A stretch of 64,000 nt of DNA, taken from contig MU008153.1 of the NCBI GenBank assembly GCA_010909165.1, positions 124,001-188,000 of the forward strand. The letters are read 5' to 3'. Made by a program: the position numbers and the translations under genes. Each line of letters opens with the position of its first letter. Positions within the stretch are counted from its first letter, which is position 1. Shown here piece by piece: positions 49,472-62,449 of this stretch. Origin of the DNA: Anthoceros angustus. Taxonomy: Eukaryota; Plantae; Anthocerotophyta. Below the pieces are notes generated by a model. The model saw nothing but the letters and a program-made list of their open reading frames with translations. It was not told where the DNA came from and did not search any database.

Positions 49472-49825
49472 GGTAGACTACACCCGCCCCGCCCTGCCCG
49501 CAATCCTTCCTGTCGAAAAACCAGCTCACTGTCATCAACTGCCTCAGCTCCTCGCAGAAATGAATCACAAGCTACAGCATTTGAGCTTCCGTTCGCGCAC
49601 CCACCGGGTCACACAAGTTCAGTGCAGGAGCACGTGGGACAAGGAATCTTACTCTCCTGGGCAGTCGTCAACCGGAAACACCAGACGCAGCCTCGACAAT
49701 GGAGCTCGTCGACGAGTCTACATAATCATCAACAGAAGCGAATGGCCGACCGCTATGACAGCTTTCCCAGCTGCCGGACAGAGATGGTTAATGATTGAAG
49801 CATTTCACCCGAGGCGAAGACGGAA

Positions 49826-49899
49826 TGTTACCACAGGGATTGTTACCACAGGGGCTGTTACCACAGGGGCTGTTACGGCAGTCTTGTTTGCCCGCCAAA
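49826..49899. promoter_or_regulatory. HIBCH/POLD2 divergent promoter: 15-bp tandem repeat and E2F-consensus site
   Basis: tgttaccacagggg(c) x3 at about 49826-49875; TTTGGCGG on minus at 49892-49899 fits the plant E2F consensus WTTSSCSS. Confidence 0.55.
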
Positions 49900-49977
49900 A
49901 AAACGCGAATTGCGAACTTGGACATTGGACCGCACAAGCCTAGGCGGAAAATCGCACCAAGCCCGAGCTTGGCAGCG

Positions 49978-52432
49978 ATGGACATCGACTCCGAGGAGTG
50001 TTTTGTGCGGAAGCAAGCACATTTTGTGTCACAGGTTCGAGAATCATGGTGCTGTATTTTCTTGTCGGAAGTGATGGTTTTGTTGTCAGATTTGTAGCGT
50101 CTGCGTGATGTTTCTGTTTGATTCGGAGCAGGACGAGAAGTATCTTCTGCGGGATCAGAAATACAAGGGGCAGCAGTACAGCCAGCTCTACTTCATCCGC
50201 CTGCACAAGCTTCGGGAACAGATCAAAGCTGTGGCTAGAATGAAGTGGCCAGGTCTTTCAGGTGTGTACTTTCGGGCAGGGTTTAGGGTCCCCGCTGTCT
50301 ATGCTGAGGATTTTGTGGTCAGCTTTGAGAAGCTTGCTGTTTGGTGGTCCCGGCAGTGTGTAACATTCTAGGTCTTGAGGAGGGCAAGCGATGTGTGGTT
50401 GTGGGCACTTTGTACAAGCACATGAAGCTGAAACCATCGATTCTAGCGGAGTATTCCAAGGAGGTGGGTTGTGGTTTTGTGGCTTCATATGGATTTTAGT
50501 TGCGTTTGTAGCTTTGGCTGAGAAGGCTGGGGTTTTGCACCTTACAGCGGTCAAATGTGCCTCTGGCTACTCCTGACAAGTTCACTCATCCTAGTGATCA
50601 TCTTATTCTGGAAGATGAGAGTGGGCGAGTCACGCTCTCAGGAGTTGGATCCCAGGCACAGTATTATGTGACAGGTAATTGTAAACGGTCAGTACTTCGA
50701 GTCCTTTACCCATCATCCGAGCGTTGATCTGCTTGGTTGCAGTGACCTTTGCTGGCTTGGTTCCGCACAGGTGTGGTGGTGGCTCTCTGTGGTCATGAGG
50801 ATAGGAATGGTTTGTATTTTGTAGAGGAGATACTGGAGGCAGGATTGCCCCCGCAGCTTCCTATACAAGCACCTGCTGGTAAGAGTTGTGAAGAACACGT
50901 TTTGGACAGTTCAGCCATTCAAATATCCAAAGCTCTGCAGTCTGTGTGTTGAAGAGCTTGGGGTGATTCACGTCAATCACTGTGGATGATGTGGAAGGTG
51001 CGTTTTGCAGAGGACAAGTTTGTCGCACTGGTATCTGGGTTGAAGGTTGGAGTCAATGGGTCCAATCCACTGCTCCTGCAACTCCTTGTGGATCATTTGA
51101 CTGGATATCTTGGTGACCCACAGGTACTTGGTGCTTATTTCTCGTTATGCTTGTCCAGAAAAGTTTCTTGGTTTGGTAGCACTTATATGATGTAAACTGC
51201 AGGAAATAGGCTTGAGTGCTCGAATAGTGCGGGTTGTCATTGCTGGCAATTCTGTTGACCTCCCACACATGGTCTTACATGGGCAGGTATGGAGCTCTGC
51301 CCAGAGTTTGGAGTTCCTAGCAAAGTTGAGGTTCTAACTCTGTGTTCCCTATCTAGCCTGTAACCCCGAAGGAACAAGGGAAGCTGACTGAACCGATCAA
51401 GGAGCTCGACCTAGCTTTGACACAGGTACATCAAATGTTGGTTGCTTTTTATATCCACCTCAGCTTGTGCAAAAGCTAGTAACAAGAGACTATTCAGCCT
51501 GTCTAGATGGATCCTAGCAAAAGTTTTCTACGTTCATGCACGAAACAGGACACCTTTTATTATTTTGTGTCTGATCAGTGAAATTGTGCTATAGATAGCA
51601 GCAGCGATGCCTCTAGATATTATGCCAGGAGCTGATGATCCTGCCAATTTCTCCCTACCCCAGCAGGTGAGCCACGCTTCATTTGACTGCCAGTCCAGGC
51701 TAGCAGCAGAAGTGATATGAATTGATTTGAGTTGTTGGTCATCAGCCTCTCCATAGGTGCTTGCTGCCCGGAGCTGCAGCTTACAGCACTTTCTACTCCG
51801 CTACGAATCCACATAACTTTGAGCTCGATAGAGTATGTTTCCTTGGAACTTCTGGTCAGAACATCAGTGACCTAGCTAAGTTCTCTGAAGCCGAAGATGA
51901 GCTCGACTTGATGGAGAAAACTCTGAAATGGCGACACCTTGCTCCAACTGCCCCAGACACGCTGGGTAGTTTTCTTGCTCTTCTCTCTCCCTGCCCAACA
52001 GCAAGAGCAGCATCTTTAATTCTCTGTCGTTTTGCAGGATGCTACCCCTTCACAACCGATGATCCTTTCATCATCACAGCATGCCCTCATGTCTACTTCT
52101 GTGGCAACCAGAAAAAGTTTGCAACCCGGCTAGTGAAAGGTGTGGTGGCTTACACCATCCCTATCCATTCAACCTCCACCTCAAGAACAGAAGGAACTCA
52201 CGTCGATTGTCTCTGCCCTCCAGGTCCAGCTGGACAGCACGTGAGGATCATCTGCATTCCCCGGTTCAGTGAGACAGGTTGTGCTGTAATGGTAAGCATC
52301 CTTCCTGCCCTGCTATACTTGAGTGGAAAGAACTGCAATCCAGCTCAGTCCCTTGTCCTTGTCTCCGTGCAGGTGAATATCAGAACACTGGACTGCCATG
52401 TTATCACACTCTCCACAGCATCTCTAGAATGA
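49978..52432 (+). CDS. POLD2: DNA polymerase delta small (B) subunit, multi-exon
   Basis: QQYSQLYFIRL; VGTLYKHMKLKPSIL; LILEDESGRV; FVALVSGL; RVVIAGNS; DIMPGADDPANFSLPQQ; FLGTSGQN; WRHLAPTAPDTL; CYPFTTDDPFII..CPHVYFCGNQ. Confidence 0.96.
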
Positions 52433-53520
52433 CAACTTAATGGACTTCATTGTTGTGACGGTGTAAGCCCTCGAGGGTAGACAGTACCAGGTGGTGCCAG
52501 AAAGGGAAGGCGTTTTCCATATTCCAGCCATTTCAGCCTCTGTTGCCATCTCGATGAGGAGGCTGTCGACGAGGAGGTGCATTGCCCTCTCCCCAAACGG
52601 GCTCTCAAGGTGCACCACTCATCCTGCCACTCCATGCAGTTTAATTCTGCCTCGTTACATTTCTTGACTATCCTAGGTTCTTTTTCTTGCAGGAGTGATG
52701 CTATCCGTCGCTTGTCAGGATGGCACCATCAGTGACGAGGAATCTGTCTTTGCTTCCAAAGCCTAGGACCGCTAAGCTGTTCTGAAGTCCTCAGGACTGA
52801 CCAGTACCTGAAACAAGAATCAGTCTGAGAGTCCCTTGGGACGCAGCACAAGCGTAGGAACAGAATGGTGCTGGACTTCCGTCCTCTTTCTAGATTGTAA
52901 GCTAGTGCATGCAAGCAGCATTTGTTACTTTTGCTGCTGGGGAATGTATCAGATGACATTCAGAGTCTGCCTGGCGATTGCGACCGGAGTTTGAATCCAG
53001 ACAGCTCTTGCAAGCATCTTCAAGTATATTCATGCAAAGTGATGATCGCGCAAGTGTAAACGAGTCCAAGTGATCTTTCCAATTCTGCATCGCAATTACG
53101 ATGTCTGATGCGTTCTCGGATTTGAATGCAAGTGTACACATGCCCAAGGTGGACAACTAGGGAAAAATGGAATAGGTCACGGACCGAGATACTGTCCGGC
53201 AACACCTTTGAGCAGAGGAGGGCCATTGTCACAATGTTTGCTTGCTGTAAAGTGGAGGTGGATCACGGGGATGAGGTGAAGCTTCACTCACATGCCTGCG
53301 AACCGATGTGCTTCGTGCTTTGGGATCGACAATCTACGGAGGTAAAGCACCTAAAATCTGCACATCACTTTAAAGACCGCCTCCCAGGCTACGGTGGTGT
53401 CTCACTGCCACCCACTTTCACTCAGCTGAACAGACGCACTTGGAGGAGCTGTTTTCCTTGACACTCACTTCTTTCATATGTTTGTGACTTTGCCGTCGGT
53501 GACATTGCATACAGGAATGA
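52424..53520 (-). CDS. Candidate multi-exon gene of unknown function, convergent with POLD2
   Basis: Protein-like segments (DIVIAMQNWKDHLDSFTLARS, SLAVLGFGSKDRFLVTDGAIL, RLKWLEYGKRLPFLAPPG) between plausible splice sites; no family recognised. Confidence 0.4.
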
Positions 53521-53844
53521 AACGCATAACCATCAAGAATTCTGAAAAAGCGATCGTTTGGTGAACTATAATTTGCGTTTCTGCGGATTTATCCTTTCGC
53601 TCATTTCTTGAAAAGTCTCTGCAGTGATCGGTCCAAGCATTTTCATCGACAGTTCACATGCTTGCTTTGAAGATTAATTAATTCGTAGGCTTGAGATTCT
53701 TCTTCCCTTTTTGTAATCTTTAGGATCTCTAGGCTGTCTACATCCATCCACCACTACATAGTTTAGCATGAACCTATTAGATGAAAATGAACTTCTCAAA
53801 GAGAGGAATTAGTTAGCTCTGGTCTTAAAAGTCACATAATCAGG

Positions 53845-54022
53845 AGTTGTATCTTATCAGGCCTATGTGACTCAATTGTGTCCTATCAGGCCTATGTGAC
53901 TCAGTTGAGTCTTAGAAGGCCTATGTGACTCAGTTATGTCTTATCAAGTCTATGTGACTCAATTGTGTATGTATCCTGACTCAATTGTATCCTATCATGT
54001 CTATGTGACTCAGTTGTGTCTT
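53845..54022. repeat. 29-bp tandem repeat with six TGACTCA cores
   Basis: Unit cctatgtgactca(a/g)ttgtgtcctatcagg. Confidence 0.88.
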
Positions 54023-54291
54023 ACGTGACATGAGCTAAGGCAAAATCGCAAGGTAACCAGATGGGAATGGTCTGAACTCCATATGGGAGGTGTGAATGGT
54101 TACATTATTCACGGGTTGGTGAGTGCAGTAAAAGCAGATATAATTACCGTGGGTTGGGTCCAGAACTCCAGAAGCTTCACCCGCGGTAACGTGATGGCGT
54201 AAAAAAGTGAAGGTGGTGAGAGCAGGTGGGCGCAAGGTGGGCAATGATGAGACGATATGGCCCCTCGTGGCGCTGCCGGGCCTGCACTCGT

Positions 54292-54371
54292 GGCCCAGAT
54301 CGTATTCCGTTACGGATCTTCACTGCCATCATTTGAAGTTTCCGTTCGCCCAGTCAAAATCTGCCACCGTT
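54292..54371 (-). promoter_or_regulatory. Three co-oriented MSA-core motifs (AACGG on minus) and a site II-like TGGGCC
   Basis: CCGTT at 54307, 54342 and 54367; GGCCCA at about 54292. Confidence 0.5.
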
Positions 54372-54928
54372 TTCGAATTTCCAATATCGGGTTGCGCTTG
54401 TCCGCCGACCGATTAATTCGCCCGGCTTTCTCTTACTCAGTGATTTTTACAAGCACAATATCACAAACAGGATGAACTGATGGAAGAGGCATCATGCTGG
54501 TTCATGAAAGCATGCTACGGACCAAAGCAAAGGCATGTACTGCAGTCTCCATGGTAACTCTAACCACCGGGAACGAACTTACAGGCATGGCATGCGGCAG
54601 GCCTGCACACTCACATGGTTGTGAAATAAATAATAACAATGTGTCTCAGCTGCAAGTGTGTATGTACATACTACATCACAGCGTTGATTTTCCAGAAGCC
54701 CGTCCGTCACAGGATCTGGAGGCATGTATCTGGGTGAGTACGTCAATCACAAATCTTGCTACATCTAAGCATGACAGCAGCAGCAAAGGAGCATGTCAGG
54801 AGGCTGCCAAAGGAAGAGGAAGAGCAGGGCAAGGGAAATGGAAACGGAAATGGGAGAATGAAAAGGAGGAGAAGGGAAGGTGAAATTGTGCTAATGAGTA
54901 AGCTAGGGTGAAGGTGTGGGAATTCAGA

Positions 54929-57232
54929 TCAGAGCATGGCATGGAATAGGTCTACTCCACAGCGGTGGCAGAGGAAGCGGAGAGGGATGGAGTCGGCGTC
55001 GGAGATGCCTCCACATCTGGTATGCTGCCAGACCTCGCAGACATCGCATGCTATCATGCGCTCGCCATCATCGTCCTTGGTACCACAAGGGCAGTCCACG
55101 ATCCAACTGTCGTTGCCGCCTTCATAGCGCCACTCGCTGCACAGCTCAATGCCACCGCCCTGTACGATGACATGGGACCCGGATTCAATGGCTCCGAACA
55201 GCAGGTCCTCGTCGTCTCCTTCCAAGTCGGGGATGGACTCCACCACAAAGTTGCGCATGATCTCATAAGTCTCGCGGTATGCCCGTTGGGCCTCCTGCTT
55301 CAAGTCGCCCACAGTGGCGTGAGGGGGGAGCACCACTAGCTCGGCTGGCGGGCTGGGCCGGTTGCGCTTGGCGTCCTCGTCCTTGAGCACCACAGTGCAC
55401 ATAACTCGCAGCATCTCATCATCGTCCATGCCCCACTCATTGTTGGCACACTTGCGGCTGATCTCCCCCTTGTAGTCCTTGATGAACTGCTTCGTGTCCA
55501 GGATTATCCTTGTAGCAGTTGGGATCGCTGTCAGAACGCTCTTAATGCCCCGCCTTGCTGGCTTGTAGCTCTCCAACACATGCTTATATAAATACACGAT
55601 GTCCCGGAGCACCTCTGCCCGGCCAACCTCGCACACAGTCTCGGACTGGCTGTTCCGCAGGTCGCGGCTCACAGCTGGGTTGGTGGCACTCGCCGTGTTC
55701 ACGTCCTCCAAGCTGTACTCCAGAACCTTGGTGATGGGATTCACAGCTCGCCGCACCACGTGAGAGCCCACAACCCGATTTCCCAAGGACTTGAGCACAA
55801 AGTCCAGCAATCCGGTGTCCCCTATGTAGACCCGGGCTGCATCCCTCACATCCTGCCGAGGCATCCACTTCTTCTCGCAGCTCTTCAAGGCTTCCACAAT
55901 CACCTGCGTGGCTAAGTCCAGCCTTTTCACAGACCAACGGCAGGGCATGTCCACAGCAGCAGGTTGAGGGCTGTTCGCTGTGCTGCATTTCTTGTCCGAG
56001 ATGTACTCTTTGGAAGCTGCAGTCTTTCCGACATTCTTCGAAGCTGTTGGATGCAGTGGAAGCCGAGCTTTGAGCTCTGTCATAAACCTCAACAGATCAC
56101 CAACTGTTTGCAGAGTGTTCCCGCTAACTCGCTGGTACATTGTCACTATGGCCAGCACGTCCTGGTCTACACCATCGAAATGCTGCAGCAGTACAGTTAA
56201 AGGCATTCCCCTAATTGCCTCAATTGCCTTCATGTACATCTGAGCAGTAATTCCAAAGCTTCCATGCCCGAACTTGTAGCCCCACCTCCCGTACCAGGAT
56301 TCTCCATATGCTACAGAATGGATCAGGCGGAATTCCAGTGACCTCTTTTTGGCAACATCCTCAACGCTCACCTTCCTGCAGATTTCGAATTCAAGCAACT
56401 CAGAGTTAGAGCTTTGAAAGTTTGGCAGTCACTAGTGAAGACTCACAGCCCCATGGAACAAAACTGCCTTAATTCAGGTGCTTACCTTGCTCTAAGCATG
56501 GCACAAACCCGGTCCCACAGATCCATGATCTCCCTTCCTGAAGCGAATTTGGACCCTTTCTCTCTGCCGTTTATCCGCAAAAGATGGCCATACCCATTGC
56601 AATGGAGAACTCCGTGTAGCAAGTGACTTTGCAAGTCCAAAATGCTGCCAATAACAGCATCTTCACCACAGGAGGGGCAAGTGAACATGTTTGTCGGAAT
56701 CGGATCGCTGCATCCAGGGCACACCTTTCCCCCAACCAGCCCGACCAGTCCCATCGGCCGCTCCTCAATCTCTGGCGCTGGAATGATGAAGTGATACCGC
56801 ATGTTCGACACGGGATGATGGCTCCACCCTGGATACTCGTGCGTTAGCGATGAACATACAGGGATGAAGTGCCACTGAATCCACAGAAGTACGCTATCAA
56901 AAGCAAACCGATTTCAATTTGCTGAATTTGAGCTGTGAAATCATACCTATGCAGCGGCAGTGGTCGCAGTGTGGATGCAACGAGTCGCGCATTCCTTCTT
57001 CAATAATTAGCAGTGAGATTCTTGAGCCGCTGGAGTCCTCCGAGAGCCCTACCGACCACGCCGGCATGCCTTCGATGTTGTACAGCTCTGGCTCTGCGCA
57101 GTCCTCCAGGAATCTCCGTATGTTATCTCTGAATGGCGCATAGTAGTCGGCAGGGCAGCCTGGATCTCCGAAGGTGTGAAAGCCAAACAGCCTGTCCCCT
57201 TTCCTCCGCTTCCTGATGTCACAGGTTTGCAA
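54929..57232 (-). CDS. PHD-finger protein, MMD1/MS1 family, copy 1 (exons about 57232-56935, 56830-56485, 56380-54929; start uncertain)
   Basis: FRDNIRRFL, HCDHCRCIGWSHHPV, HLLHGVLHCNGYGHLLRING, WYGRWGYKF, GDTGLLDFVLKSL, C-terminal PHD VDCPCGTKDDDGERMIACDVCEVWQHTRC. Confidence 0.93.
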
Positions 57233-59544
57233 TTACGTCAGATAGGTCACAAGACACAAGCACCTTCTACCTAGCTTCATGAGAGAGTGCAGAGCATTTG
57301 ATAGAGCAGCCTGTCACAAGCATTTGTGATTTCAATTCAATCCATGAACAGTTCCTCCAATTCCTTGCGTAGACTGGAAGCCATGCTCTGCAAACACAAT
57401 TTGAAAATTTCCTCAGGGACGCCGTTAGGGACCTGTTCTTGAAGACCAAGTTGGATTGAGTGTCCATCGATGGAGCGCCACTCAACCGTTGTCCAATACA
57501 GAAGCACTGTTCGGCAGTTCACGGGCCTGCTGCCACGATAAGCCTCCGTAAGCCTAAGCTTATGACCTACAGGTGCGCAGTCTGAAAAGAGGATCTCACT
57601 CGCCAGCCATTGCCATTGCACCGTGTCCGACGGCTGGTTGCAATCTCATCCTCGGCCATTTTCTGTTCACTCCCTGAAGACGCTCACTCACTCACTCAGT
57701 TACTCGATCAGGCATGTGGCCTTCTACCTGTGAGCACGGTGTCACCGAAATGCACATTTGCAGCGGCCTGATCTGGATCCTGCCGAGCTCATCTCAACTC
57801 AAAAAATTAATCCGCCTGGCAGTGCAGCGGCCCCGAACCTTGCGGAGCAAGAAGAATTGCGATCGCTCCTGAATCAAACCTTGTGCACAAGCTTGTGAAA
57901 TTCTGCCTTGTTCAAATCGAATTCATGAAAATTCCAGGGCCGCCTGTGGGAGCCTGCCAGTGCGCTGCTGATCAATCCTGAAGCAAGTCGCACATTTCGT
58001 CCGGCAAGGATGGACGAGAGCTCGCAAGCGCGGCGCGCGCGCGCGTCGCGGGAGGAGACGGCGGGGCGGCCGTCGCGGTGGCGACGCCGGAGCGTGAAAA
58101 TGACGGAGGCGAGGAGGCTGGGGGCCGCACGCACGCACGCTTCAGAGACGGGGCGCGGGTACGAGAGGGGCACAGAACTCTACAGTGGACTGGTGGGCAG
58201 TGGCAGTGGCAGTGGATGGAATCCGTCAGCTTGCAAGACTCCCGAGTGGATGTGAGGAATAAAGGCGGGAAGGAGAGGGGGGGCGAAAGGGGCCGCGGCG
58301 AAACTCCGGCGGGGGGTGAAAGTACGGCAGGCCATCGGGTCATGATGGCGCAGCATGGGCGGGCGGCCACGTGGCGCATGCTGCACTTGTGGTGCAGATC
58401 GCATTCGGTTACGGATCTGCTGACTGTTCGATTTTTGAGGCCCATTACCCATTTTGAACATTTTTCGAATTTTGCGGCCATTTCCGTGTATTTTTCCGTT
58501 GCGATTGTCCGCCGACTGTAATCATCCGCTCGATCTCCATCATGCATGAAAGAGGCCTGCCAGCCTGCTCATTGCCCGGCCCGGGCCCGGGCCCGGGCCA
58601 GCCCGGGGGACGTCCGTCCCCGGAAGTTTAATGAATTCCGCACCATTTTGTACCCTGCATCACAATTAGTGGGCTCCGCCTCCGCCAAAAAGCGCGCATC
58701 ATGTTTCATTAACGGGAAACAAAATCTACTGGCCTTTTCGTCTGCTCGAGTTCTCACCGCTCATGAATTCAGATGCCAAGCATTTGCACCACATAGAGTG
58801 CCACAGATTCACCGGATCAATTCAGCTCTCATTTCCAAGCCATGGACAGGGATCGACTTACTGTATGTACCTATCTCATCAGCAATTGCAAACGTAACCT
58901 AGTACCGGCTCAGTAACTCGCTACAATGTAAGTAAGCAATTCCGTTAATCAGTAGCCTCACACCACCCTCACCAATGAAACTACTTGTAGCCAACCAGCT
59001 GAAAACTGTGATATCGGACATCACCACACTGTTGTCACTCCTGTCACTAGCAGCTGCTAACCCATCAGATGTGGACAGTCAGGACTGTGCCACAAAACAT
59101 TTGCTAACTACACAGAGGAAGTTGGACCTAAACTAGACTCAAACAAGAATGTTCAAGACGAAGGAGACGAAAATAATCAATTTGTCCATCGATGCATGAC
59201 AAGGGGCCCGCATGCAGTCCATCTGTCCATGTTTACATGTACAACCCATCTAGCTGATGAATGATGCTCCGGAGAGAGGCTCTCGCTGTCAATCACTATG
59301 AATCATAGCTGCTGCTAACTAGCTCACTACTGTGCATGCGAAAACTTCTCGACGATTCTATTGGATCGGTATGTGGACACACTGGAAATCCGCTCAAGGC
59401 CCAAGGGTGACAAACTCTGGACAAAGATGAATGAATCTCTGGGGACACAGAAAATTCCAGGGCAAAGAGGGAGGACGCACAAGGTACAGCTTCTAAAACA
59501 TGCAAAGAATTGTACAGACTACTACCAGTAACTTGGTCAGACCG

Positions 59545-62449
59545 TCAGAGCATGGCATGAAACAGGTCGACTCCACATCTATGACACAGAAAACGGAGAG
59601 GGATGGGGTCCGCGTCCGAGATGCCCCCACATCTCGTGTGTTGCCATACTTCGCACATATCGCAAGCGATCATCCGCTCTCCGTCGTCGTCCTTTGTGCC
59701 ACAAGGGCAGTCCACAATCCAGCTGTCGTTGCCTCCTTCATAACGCCACTCGCTGCCCAGCTCGATGCCACTACCCAGAAGAACTACATGAGATCCCGAT
59801 TCGATGGCGCCAAAGAGTAAATCTTCGTCGTCTCCTTCCAGATCTGGAATCGCTTCCACCACGAAGCCCCGCATTATCTCGTACGTCTCTCGGAAAGCTC
59901 GTTGAGCCTCCTGCTTCAAATCACCCACTGTGGCATGTGGCGGTAACACAACTACCTCCGCGGGAGGGCTGGGTCGATTTCGCTTTGGGTCCTTGTCTTT
60001 CAGCGCCACGGTGCACATGACCCTCAGCATTTCATCGTCGTCCATGCCCCACTCATTGTTAGCACATTTGCGTGTGAGCTCACCTCTGTAGTCCTTGATA
60101 AACTGCTTCGTGTCCAGGATTATCCTTGAAGCTGTGGGGATTGCAGTAAGCACACTCTTCACGCCCCGCCTGGCTGGCTTGTAGCTTTCCAACACCTGTT
60201 TGTATAAATACACAATGTCACGAAGCACCTCTGCGCGACCAACCTCACATCCAGCCTCAGGTGTACTGGTTCGTAACTCTCGCCCAGCTGCGGAGCTTGG
60301 AGTCCCGGTGGCAACGTTGACATCCTCCAGGCTATATTCCAATACTTTCGTAATGGGATTTACAGCTCGGCGCACCACATGTGACCCCACAACCCTATTG
60401 CCCAAAGATTTGAGAACAAAGTCGAGCAATCCCGTATCCCCAATGTAGACCCGGGCTGCATCTCTCACATCCTGCCGGGGCATCCATTTCTTGTCACAGC
60501 TTTTCAGGGCTTCCACTATCACCTGCGTCGCTAGCTCCAACCTCTTGGTAGACCAACGGCAGGGCATATCTGGAGTTGGAGGTAGAGGACTGTTGGTACC
60601 GGTGGAGCTGCTCTTCTTTTCTGTGTAATCCTTGGATGCAGGCTTGCAGTAAGCTTTTGCTGAAACTGCCGGTTGCAGGGGCAGGCGGGCTTTCAGCTCG
60701 GTCATGAACCGGATGAGATCCCCAACTGTTTGAAGCAAATTGCCACTCATCCGCTGATACATGGACACAACGGCAATCACATCTTGATCCACACCATCAA
60801 AGTGCTGCATCAGCACGCTCAGAGGCATTCCTCGAATGGCCTCTATTGCCTTCATGTACATCTGCGCAGTTATCCCAAAACTTCCATGCCCGAACTTGTA
60901 TCCCCACCTCCCATACCAGGATTCACCATACGCCACAGAATGTATCAGACGAAGCTCTAGTGACCTTTTTTTGGCAACATCCTCAACGCTCACCTTCCTG
61001 TGCACAAGGGGCGAATAAACAATGTCAGGCCTGGTGTCACCATCTAACAAACTAAGGCAAAAAGTTGTCAGGTGGCCTCTTGGAGCATTGAAATGTCGCG
61101 AAAAGGGAATTCAGAATCTACACATGTACAGTAAAGCAACATCACTCGCCGACTTTCAAGACACACCTTCTCTTTCACTCTTCCACATTCATTCATTACA
61201 AGAATGAAGACATGCTCTGACCACTACATTGCCTTCAGGACGAGAGGAAACGCTCGAGTACCTAGCTCTCAGCATCGCACAGACTCGGTCCCATAAATCC
61301 ATAATCTCTCTCCCCGAAGCAAATTTGGATCCCTTCTCCCGGCCATTTATCCGCAGGAGGTGGCCAAAGCCGTTGCAGTGCAGTACGCCGTGAAGCAAAT
61401 GACTCTGTAAATCCAGAATACTGCCAATCACCGCATCCTCACCACAGGTAGGGCATGTGAACATATTTGCTGGGATCGGATCACTGCAGCCGGGGCATAC
61501 CTTTCCCCCGACCAACCCGACCAGTCCCATCGGCCTCTCCTCGATCTCAGGCGCGGGAATTATGAAGTGGTACCGCAGGTTTGACACCGGATGATGGCTC
61601 CACCCTGCACAAGTAGAGAGCGAGGTCAGACAATTGGATCCACAACCGCGCAGGACTCCTAAGTAAGAATTCCGCGAGTGAGCCTCCTACATCGATCCTA
61701 CGACTCCTCGTTCATGATCAAATTAACAAGAAGCACTTCTCAGCCAGCAATACTGTTCGCCTCAACGCGGAAACAAGCCCCGGCCTGGTCGTCAGTCGTG
61801 GAGTCAAAAGTCCATGACCAAGTCCAAACCTACAACTAAGACTTCGCTGTCGATGCGACGGGCCCTGTCCCTAAGCTTGCCGCATCGCCCTGACGACAGC
61901 GCTCCAGCTCTAGTAGCCATCTGGCCAGTGCGGTGTCGCCTTGAATTGTGCAAACTGGCAATCTCATCTCTGAAACTGTTCAAATGTGGGATCGGTTCCA
62001 ACACTGCGATTCCTACCCTGACATCTACGACGGCAGGTTCGGAAGCCTGCACGCCTCCTCAGCAGAAGTCTTCAATTGCATGCAGAACGAAGAGCATGCC
62101 TCAATACCGGAACAGACTACAAGAACACGGGACGACATGGTAAGATGCGCTTACCAATGCAACGGCAGTGGTCGCAGTGCGGATGCAGAGAATCTCGCAA
62201 TGCGCCTTCCTCAATAATTAGCAAGGAAATTCTGGAGCCGCTGGAATCCTCTGAAAGGCCTACTGACCACGCCGGCATGCCTTCGATGTTGTAGAGCTCC
62301 GGCTCTGCGCATTCCTCCAGGAATCTCCGAATGTTGTCCCTGAAGGGGCCATAGTAATCGGCCGGGCATCCTGGATCTCCAAAGGTGTGAAAGCCGAACA
62401 ACCTGTCTCCCCTCCTCCGCTTTCTTGTGCGATCAGCTGTCAAATACAT
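59545..62449 (-). CDS. PHD-finger protein, MMD1/MS1 family, copy 2 (start uncertain)
   Basis: Same three-exon layout and motifs as copy 1, with an open final exon. Confidence 0.93.
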
